64,000 nucleotides of DNA from Nitrososphaerota archaeon (GTDB lineage Archaea > Thermoproteota > Nitrososphaeria > Nitrososphaerales > Nitrosopumilaceae): assembly GCA_028867755.1 (NCBI GenBank), contig JAGWFT010000001.1, forward strand, positions 676,727-740,726, read 5' to 3'. Position 1 is the stretch's first letter, and every line of letters starts with the position of its first letter. Of the stretch, positions 57,377 to 64,000 are shown one piece after another. A program made the position numbers and the translations under genes. The notes below the pieces were generated by a model that was not told where the DNA came from, did no database searches, and was given only the letters and a program-made list of their open reading frames with translations.

Positions 57377-58087
57377 ATGGTAAATCCACGTGCATGGCTT
57401 GCAGAAGCAATTGGCACATACTGCCTTGTCTTCTTTGGCCCTCTTGCAATTGGACTTGCAGCTGTTGCATATGGAACAGGCCTGTCCGTTCAAGCAATTG
57501 TAATGATATCGCTTGCACACGGTGCTGCGATAGGTCTTATGGTCTACGCATTTGGGCATGTATCTGGTGGACACTTTAATCCCGCAGTTACTATATCCAT
57601 GATAGTTACAAAACGAATCAATATCAAAGATGGTATTGTGTATATAATTTCCCAGCTTATCGGTGCAATTGCAGCTGCTGCATCTTACAAGGCCATACTG
57701 CCTGACATTGGTGCAAAGGTAAACTATGGAACTCAGGGAGGTCCTAGCGCATTACTTCACAACAGTGTATCGTCTGGATTTGCAGTAGAAGCAATCTTGA
57801 CATTCTTCTTGGTTACGGTGATATTTATGACAGCAGTGCACAAAAAGGCACCTGCTGGAATGTATGGTCTTGCAATAGGTGGAATGATATTTTTGATACA
57901 CTTGGTTGGAGTGCCTCTGACAGGCGCAAGTGTCAACCCTGCAAGAACATTTGGCCCTGCACTTATCTCAGGATTCTGGGACTATCACTGGATGTACTGG
58001 GCAGCACCAATTACTGGTGCGATAATTGCAGGACTGATAATGAATTACGTATTTGCCAAAAAAGCAGAACAAGAAGAAACGGCATAG
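57377..58087 (+). CDS. MIP family channel (aquaporin)
   Basis: SGGHFNPAVT and SVNPARTFGP; six TM; start at ATG 57377. Confidence 0.95.
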   Translation: MVNPRAWLAEAIGTYCLVFFGPLAIGLAAVAYGTGLSVQAIVMISLAHGAAIGLMVYAFGHVSGGHFNPAVTISMIVTKRINIKDGIVYIISQLIGAIAAAASYKAILPDIGAKVNYGTQGGPSALLHNSVSSGFAVEAILTFFLVTVIFMTAVHKKAPAGMYGLAIGGMIFLIHLVGVPLTGASVNPARTFGPALISGFWDYHWMYWAAPITGAIIAGLIMNYVFAKKAEQEETA

Positions 58088-58140
58088 ATTTTCTACTGAT
58101 TTGAAATGTATTATAACGGGTCAACTGAAAGTTTCTTTGT

Positions 58141-58215
58141 GGACCCGTAGCACAGCTTGGATAGTGCGGTCGCTTGCGGAGCGACAGGTCGTGGGTTCGA
58201 GTCCCCCCGGGCCCG
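58141..58215 (+). tRNA. tRNA-Arg(GCG)
   Basis: D stem GCAC/GTGC, anticodon stem GTCGC/GCGAC with loop TTGCGGA, T loop TTCGAGT; two stem mismatches. Confidence 0.92.
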
Positions 58216-58275
58216 TTCTTATTTTGTATCGAGACATTTCAGGCTCAACTGCGTAACTCCAAATGATGTGATTTT

Positions 58276-58704
58276 TTGAACTTTATGACCATTTTTATTG
58301 ATCATATGTGTACCGTGTACGTGCAAGTATTTTGCAAGGTTAGATTCAGTTTTACTACGGTAGATTCGCGTTATTATGCAGGTGGAAGCACAGATCCTTT
58401 GGCTATTCTCTCAGATGTGGAAAAAAAGCTACCACTTCACATCAAAAAATTGCAGTATGGCAAAGCCAAGGGATCGTCAAAAGTATACGTGGAATATTCT
58501 ATAGGTTATGATGATTCAGATCTTCCAAAACAAAAAGAGGACTCTTTTGCAAGATTCATGGCCCAAGACCCATACGAAGAGTTGCTTGGAGGTGACATTG
58601 AACTGGTTGAAAATCTCATAAAAAAGACATATGGTGTATCAAAGGATGAGGATGATAAAATTGAGCACAAAATTTTGGAAGGCCATAATCTAATCAAGGC
58701 TTAG
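58276..58704 (+). CDS. Hypothetical protein (start uncertain)
   Basis: ORF after tRNA-Arg with an acidic C-terminal half; no family recognised. Confidence 0.5.
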   Translation: MNFMTIFIDHMCTVYVQVFCKVRFSFTTVDSRYYAGGSTDPLAILSDVEKKLPLHIKKLQYGKAKGSSKVYVEYSIGYDDSDLPKQKEDSFARFMAQDPYEELLGGDIELVENLIKKTYGVSKDEDDKIEHKILEGHNLIKA

Positions 58705-58727
58705 CTTATCCAGTTGTTTGAAACACC

Positions 58728-58943
58728 ATGGACAGAATACGAATCAAGTCTAATGATCTAAAATCAGTTGGCTATGATGAGTCAATGCAAATATTGGAAA
58801 TAGAATTTCATCATGGAGGAGTCTATCAGTACTTTGGCGTGCCAAAACAGATCTACGATAGATTGATGAAATCTGTTTTATCGCATGGACAATATCATAC
58901 TAGGTACATCAAAAATAGATATCGACATGAAAAGATTCTCTGA
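58728..58943 (+). CDS. KTSC domain protein
   Basis: SNDLKSVGYD...LEIEFHHGGVYQYFGVP. Confidence 0.92.
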   Translation: MDRIRIKSNDLKSVGYDESMQILEIEFHHGGVYQYFGVPKQIYDRLMKSVLSHGQYHTRYIKNRYRHEKIL

Positions 58944-59004
58944 TTGCTTACCACACATAGTATTCTTTACATACTGTTATTAGTGATGAACACGTATACT
59001 ATAG

Positions 59005-59805
59005 ATGTCAGACGTTACATTATTGCCCGATGATCTAGGGGAAAAATTAGCAAGACGTGTTGACAATCAACTTTTAAAAAATGAAAGACGTGGAGCATCA
59101 GAGAAGGATATCTTTGACAAAAAAAAGGTCATGGACGATGTACTTGACAAGACTTCGATAATGACTCTGTCCAAGTTGATAAATTCAGGTACAATATCAT
59201 ATGTTAATGGCATAGTTGGTTCTGGCAAGGAATCCAAGATGTACTGGGCTGTGGATCCTGATGGAAATGACATTGCTCTCAAGATATATCTAGTAACTGC
59301 ATCAACTTTTAAAAAAAGACAGCCCTATCTCGTTGATGATCCACGATTTTCACGTATAAAAAAAGGCACAAGAAACTTGGTGGAGCTTTGGGCAAAAAAA
59401 GAATTCAGGAATCTGACTCAATGTGCTAAAAACGGAATTTCCTCAATCAAACCAATTCGTGTTCTAAAAAACGTCTTGGTATTAGAATTTGTAGGAAAGA
59501 ACGGCGTTCCAGCAAAAACCCTTGTAGAATCAGAAATTGATGAAAATGACTATAAAGACGCAATTTCGATTATCTCACAGCTTTACAAAAAAGCAGAACT
59601 AGTGCATGCTGATTTCTCAGAATACAATATTTTCAAAACAGAAAACGGTTTGGTTCTTTTTGATCTAGGGTCAGCTATTGACATACGACACAGAAATGCA
59701 AAAGAATTTCTTCAAAGAGATATTGCAAATATTTCAAGATTCTTTGCTAAAAGAGGCTTGACCGTGGAACATCCATCTGATATAATGACAAGGATAACAA
59801 ACTAA
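59005..59805 (+). CDS. rio1: RIO1 family protein kinase
   Basis: SGKESKMY, ALKIY, EFRNL, LVHADFSEYNI, FDLGSA. Confidence 0.93.
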   Translation: MSDVTLLPDDLGEKLARRVDNQLLKNERRGASEKDIFDKKKVMDDVLDKTSIMTLSKLINSGTISYVNGIVGSGKESKMYWAVDPDGNDIALKIYLVTASTFKKRQPYLVDDPRFSRIKKGTRNLVELWAKKEFRNLTQCAKNGISSIKPIRVLKNVLVLEFVGKNGVPAKTLVESEIDENDYKDAISIISQLYKKAELVHADFSEYNIFKTENGLVLFDLGSAIDIRHRNAKEFLQRDIANISRFFAKRGLTVEHPSDIMTRITN

Positions 59806-59866
59806 GTTTTGTTGTCTACTTTAGCTGTCTTAAGTAGTATCACTGTGTAGTATATTTAGAGATAAA

Positions 59867-60028
59867 ATGATGAAGAATTTTTTCAAAGCCATGTGGAAAT
59901 CAAAACATGAGGAATCTAAAGAAAAACGTCAGACAGAACGGGAAGAAATGAAAGAAGAAACTCATGAGTTAGAACAGGTCGAGCAAGATGCGCAAGAAGC
60001 AATTAGAGAAGCCGACGATGAAGAATAA
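59867..60028 (+). CDS. 53-aa microprotein with amphipathic N-helix and acidic coil (not in ORF track)
   Basis: MMKNFFKAMWKSKHEESKEKRQTEREEMKEETHELEQVEQDAQEAIREADDEE. Confidence 0.65.
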   Translation: MMKNFFKAMWKSKHEESKEKRQTEREEMKEETHELEQVEQDAQEAIREADDEE

Positions 60029-60081
60029 CTGTTCTACAATAGCATCAAAAAGCCTATCTGATTATAGGTGTCAATAATTTC

Positions 60082-60186
60082 ATGGAAGAAGGCCATTTTT
60101 GGAGACAAGGTGTGTGCTCTGATTGTAAACGAGTGAAATGTAAAGAGGGATGCAACTGTGATTGTCATTGGGACAAGAATAGATGA
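60082..60186 (+). CDS. 34-aa Cys-rich metallothionein-like microprotein (not in ORF track)
   Basis: MEEGHFWRQGVCSDCKRVKCKEGCNCDCHWDKNR; 6 Cys and 2 His. Confidence 0.6.
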   Translation: MEEGHFWRQGVCSDCKRVKCKEGCNCDCHWDKNR

Positions 60187-60401
60187 GTCATGACAGTTTA
60201 ATGAATTCTCATCATTTTATGGGAAATACTATGATGCAGTTATAATGGATATAGACGTGAGCAAATCTGGCACTCTAAGCTGATCTTATAGGCATGCGAG
60301 GCTTTTAATTCAAGATAGCACTATTATTGTTATGGAGTAGTGTGAGTTTGCACATCTCTGATCTTTCGTAGTTCAGAGAAAGACTGGAGTAACTACCCAG
60401 C

Positions 60402-60644
60402 TCAAATAACTTCAGATGCGGCATGCTGCTTCTTGACTTTGTCTATTGCATCTCTTATGATGTTTTTTAGCTCCTCACGTGTCATGCTTTCTACATTTCT
60501 ACCAAAACTCTCCTCAATCTGACAGGTCAGTTCTTTCTTAATATCGCTGAAAATATTTTGTTGAAGATTGTAATCAATTATCCCAGCCTCCCTGGCAGTT
60601 TGGCTAAAGACTTGTTCTATTACATCCCATGCGATTTCTTCCAT
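60402..60644 (-). CDS. Small hypothetical protein
   Basis: About 80 aa helical ORF from ATG 60644. Confidence 0.55.
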   Translation of the reverse strand: MEEIAWDVIEQVFSQTAREAGIIDYNLQQNIFSDIKKELTCQIEESFGRNVESMTREELKNIIRDAIDKVKKQHAASEVI

Positions 60645-60646
60645 AA

Positions 60647-60802
60647 CTAAATTCTTGTACCTGCACTGCACATGCTAATGTCAGGCTCATAATGTAACAT
60701 CTTTCCTGGATGACAGCTAATGAATGCAAATGTTGTACAGATTTCCTGGTCTCTTTTTTTATCGCATTCTACGTCAAACTGCATTTGCATCTCCTGTGTC
60801 AT
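60647..60802 (-). CDS. Possible 51-aa microprotein (not in ORF track)
   Basis: MTQEMQMQFDVECDKKRDQEICTTFAFISCHPGKMLHYEPDISMCSAGTRI; stops 2 nt before the ATG at 60644. Confidence 0.3.
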   Translation of the reverse strand: MTQEMQMQFDVECDKKRDQEICTTFAFISCHPGKMLHYEPDISMCSAGTRI

Positions 60803-61026
60803 ACTATGATTCCTCTTGATCCTGTTATGTCATCGTCTCTAATAAAGCGGCGTAATACATCATTTACAGCTACAAAAGAGTATACCTGAAGCACTATCTG
60901 GAATCGTCACTAAATTCTATTGACATAGAACTCTTCTTTTTTGTTAAAATTTGATAGATCTATGAAAATAGTGTGCAATCCTACCGTTCTTATTGCTTGA
61001 CAGCTAGACAATATATGATAAACTGA

Positions 61027-62022
61027 ATGCTTTCTCTTGATTCTGACTCGTATATGAAATGTGCTCGCTGTGGAAAGAGCGCCATGGTAACAGATGGTTC
61101 TACAGGAGAGAGATTTTGTGGAGTATGTGGGTTTGTTATCAATGAACGAATTGAAGATTCTGGCCCTGAGAGACGTTCATTCTCAAAAGAAGAACATGAG
61201 GACAGGTCAAGAACAGGCGTGCCATCGTCTCTTGCGATGCATGATATGGGACTTGCAACCGTGATAGGACACGATAACAAAGATGCAACTGGAAAGCCGC
61301 TTTCAATATCAATGAAGAGCACTATAACACGTCTCAGAACATGGGATAGTAGAAGCCAAGTTCACGAGTCTCAAGAGAGAAACCTTAGGCAGGCATTCAG
61401 CGAGCTTAGCAGAATGAAAGACAAACTTGCACTATCTGATTCTGTGGTTGAAAAGACTGCATACATTTACAGAAAAGCATTAGAAAAAAATCTCACAAGA
61501 GGCAGATCAATTCCTGGATTGATTGCTGCAGCAATGTATTTGGCATGTAGAGATACTGGTACCCCGAGGACATTAAATGAGGTAGCACACCAAATCAACA
61601 TAAAAAGAAAAGATGTGTCTAGATGTTACCGATTACTCCTAAAAGAACTCGATTTGAAAATGCCGGTGTTAGATCCCATAAAATGTATGTCACGAATATC
61701 AAGTCAGGCGCGTCTAAGTGAAAAAGTAAAACGACAAGCTCTTAAGATTTTAGAAGATGCAAACAAGCTGGAAATTACTGCAGGAAAAGATCCTATGGGA
61801 ATGGCAGCAGCAGCATTGTATCTTTCATGTGCAATAAACAAGGAAGGTACAACACAAAAAGTCATCGCTTTAGCAGCCGGAGTTACAGAAGTTACAATAA
61901 GAAACAGATGTAAAGGATTACGAGAATTACTAGACATAAAAATTCCAGACAAATTGAATCTAAGGCTGGGTTATACTGAAAAATCTACAAACTCGGTGAT
62001 TCAAGTTATGACGCCCGAATAA
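61027..62022 (+). CDS. tfb: Transcription initiation factor IIB (second TFB paralog)
   Basis: CARC/CGVC ribbon, GRSIPGLIAAAMY, GKDPMGMAAAALY, EVTIRNR. Confidence 0.95.
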   Translation: MLSLDSDSYMKCARCGKSAMVTDGSTGERFCGVCGFVINERIEDSGPERRSFSKEEHEDRSRTGVPSSLAMHDMGLATVIGHDNKDATGKPLSISMKSTITRLRTWDSRSQVHESQERNLRQAFSELSRMKDKLALSDSVVEKTAYIYRKALEKNLTRGRSIPGLIAAAMYLACRDTGTPRTLNEVAHQINIKRKDVSRCYRLLLKELDLKMPVLDPIKCMSRISSQARLSEKVKRQALKILEDANKLEITAGKDPMGMAAAALYLSCAINKEGTTQKVIALAAGVTEVTIRNRCKGLRELLDIKIPDKLNLRLGYTEKSTNSVIQVMTPE

Positions 62023-62302
62023 TTCTCAAGCTGAAAAAACCTTAGTGTTAAACTCTCTACAATCACATTTTCTCCCATCAGGATTTACATGGATACAATA
62101 CCCATGAGGAAAATGATCGTGCCTGGGATGACTACAATCTATCCTATCGCATGTTTCGTAAAGGCTCATTACTTTGGTATGGATTTGGTAGGATAAAGAG
62201 AATGTGGTTGACTCTACACCATGACAGAGTCTTTCCTATCTGTAATGTACACTGTCAATAATTAAATACAATTGAAGCCTTGAAAATATCTAGACTAAGA
62301 AA

Positions 62303-63355
62303 ATGACAATTCATGTTCATGGATATGCAGCACAGCAAGCAAAAACATCTCTTGGCCCGTATTCTTTTGAGAGACGCGAGCCTTGTGATTACGATATTGT
62401 GATTGATATTGGATACTGCGGAATATGCCATACAGACATACATCAAGTAGGCGATGAGTGGGGAGGATCAACATTTCCAATGGTCCCAGGACACGAAATA
62501 ACAGGTATTGTCTCACAAGTTGGACCAAAAGTAACTCGATACAAGATAGGTGACAGGGTAGGTGTTGGATGTTTTGTCAACTCTTGTCGCAAGTGCGAGC
62601 CTTGTCGTAAAAACCTTGAACAGTATTGTACAGAGGGAATGACTACAACTTACAATGGAATTGAAAGAGATGGTACTCCAACTCAGGGAGGATATTCGAA
62701 CAAAATCGTGGTAGATGAAAACTATGTGCTTTCGATTCCTGATAATCTTCCTCTAGACAAGGCAGCACCACTTCTATGTGCTGGTATCACGCTTTATTCT
62801 CCTCTAATGCATTGGAAGGCAGGCCCTGGAAAAAAAGTCGCTATCATAGGTCTTGGTGGTATAGGTCACATGGGAGTAAAACTTGCACATGCACTTGGTG
62901 CAGAAGTTACAGTACTCAGCCATTCGCTCAAAAAACAAGAAGATGGCAAAAAATTGGGCGCAGACTATTTCTATGCTACCTCTGATCCTAAAACCTTTGA
63001 GAAACTCAAAGGATATTTTGACCTAATAATCAATACGGTATCAGCCGAGCTTGACTGGAACCAATACTTGGAACTGCTTACCCTTGATGGTGCAATGGTC
63101 GTAGTCGGAATCCCAGAGAAGCAAACCTCTATCGGGTCATTTCCTCTAGTTGCTGGTCGTCGTAGTCTTGCAGGCTCGCTTATCGGTGGCATTAAAGAGA
63201 CCCAAGAGATGCTTGATTTTTGCAGCAAGAATAACATCGCAAGCGAAATCGAACTTGTCCCAATTCAAAAAGTAAATGAGGCTTACAAGCGCATCCTCAA
63301 TAGTGATGTTCGATATAGGTTCGTCATTGATATCAAGTCACTTGAACAAAAGTGA
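62303..63355 (+). CDS. Zn-dependent NAD(P) alcohol dehydrogenase (cinnamyl-ADH/YahK-like)
   Basis: CGICHTD, GHE, C..C..C.......C structural Zn, [15 protein letters not shown]. Confidence 0.93.
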   Translation: MTIHVHGYAAQQAKTSLGPYSFERREPCDYDIVIDIGYCGICHTDIHQVGDEWGGSTFPMVPGHEITGIVSQVGPKVTRYKIGDRVGVGCFVNSCRKCEPCRKNLEQYCTEGMTTTYNGIERDGTPTQGGYSNKIVVDENYVLSIPDNLPLDKAAPLLCAGITLYSPLMHWKAGPGKKVAIIGLGGIGHMGVKLAHALGAEVTVLSHSLKKQEDGKKLGADYFYATSDPKTFEKLKGYFDLIINTVSAELDWNQYLELLTLDGAMVVVGIPEKQTSIGSFPLVAGRRSLAGSLIGGIKETQEMLDFCSKNNIASEIELVPIQKVNEAYKRILNSDVRYRFVIDIKSLEQK

Positions 63356-63473
63356 TAGTCATACAGGATCAGAATTTTTGAATCTGGCATCACTTAGAAA
63401 TTTGTTATTGCAATTATAGGGATTAGAGTTCTATAGAGATCATGCGTATATACTTGGAAAACAATTATGATCA

Positions 63474-63974
63474 ATGACAACTGAAAAGACCGAAGTCTCT
63501 GCAGTAGAGAACATGACTAAACAAGAAATGACTAAAATAATAAAAACTGCTAAAAGAGAAGCTGAATCTTCAAAAAAAGAGGGAACTGTTTCAATTTATG
63601 ATGTCATGAAAAACAACACATCGGAAATAATTCAAAAAATGGAATTAAAACTTCCCACCTATACACAGCTTTATACAGACCTTTACACAAAATATCTGCA
63701 TACTATAGACGATCTTTATGGTACTTGTTATCTGTCTGAAAAGAAATTTTTTGACAAGTTAGGAATGGACAAGACAGTAGTCCGAGCCTTTGATGCTTAT
63801 TGTAAATCTGTTACCTCTGTAATGCTATCACAGATTGATATGAGTGCAGATTTTGCAAAAATGTACGTGCAATTTAGACTTGCCACAATAGACTCGTATG
63901 ATAAAGTCGTCCATCTTGTGATGGATAGCTATGCAAGAGCATGGGATCAGTTCAACTCATACAATAAAAAATAG
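63474..63974 (+). CDS. Hypothetical helical protein
   Basis: 166 aa ORF; YTQLYTDLYTKYL Tyr-periodic helix. Confidence 0.7.
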   Translation: MTTEKTEVSAVENMTKQEMTKIIKTAKREAESSKKEGTVSIYDVMKNNTSEIIQKMELKLPTYTQLYTDLYTKYLHTIDDLYGTCYLSEKKFFDKLGMDKTVVRAFDAYCKSVTSVMLSQIDMSADFAKMYVQFRLATIDSYDKVVHLVMDSYARAWDQFNSYNKK

Positions 63975-64000
63975 TCATACCAAATAATTGCAAGAGTCAT

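Noticed and set aside
60228-60285. Weak C/D-like string ATGATGC...CTGA
   Set aside because: Imperfect C box, no convincing D'/C' boxes or terminal stem
62060-62260. Open frame with WDDYNLSYRMF...YGFGRI (possible gene remnant)
   Set aside because: No start codon in that frame and no recognisable family
1-64000. Most short antisense or nested ORFs in the track; CRISPR arrays, rRNA, IS elements
   Set aside because: Nested ORFs lie opposite well-supported genes with no motifs; no regularly spaced repeats, rRNA-like GC-rich tracts or transposase motifs were seen

Overview
Core chromosomal segment of an AT-rich ammonia-oxidising archaeon (Nitrososphaerota/Thaumarchaeota). The lineage call rests on the DnaJ-ferredoxin fusion, the archaeal aroA'/aroB' shikimate route, two TFB paralogs and thaumarchaeal C-terminal repeat domains; a Nitrosotalea-like genus is a guess. 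Main blocks: heme/siroheme synthesis (ChdC-like, fused AhbAB, sirC, hemA, hemB), cobalt uptake (cbtBA), information processing (TFB, Gar1, SRP19, eS8, ScpAB, aIF5A, Dph6, SRP54, Pus10, eS24, eS31, Alba, Rio1), sugar-nucleotide genes, thiamine (thiDN, thiC), an interrupted shikimate/aromatic cluster ending in futalosine-type menaquinone genes, and a variable right end. Three tRNAs are present: Leu-CAA and Tyr-GUA with introns, and Arg-GCG. No rRNA, CRISPR array, transposase or integrase was seen. The strongest signals outside the ORF track are (1) a fluoride (crcB-class) riboswitch with compensatory base changes and a mutually exclusive hairpin that hides a Shine-Dalgarno-like site, upstream of crcB-DUF190; (2) a complete box C/D guide RNA directly after aIF5A; and (3) several unannotated microproteins, many with Cys/His metal-binding motifs. 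All product calls are from motif recognition by eye; no database searches were run.
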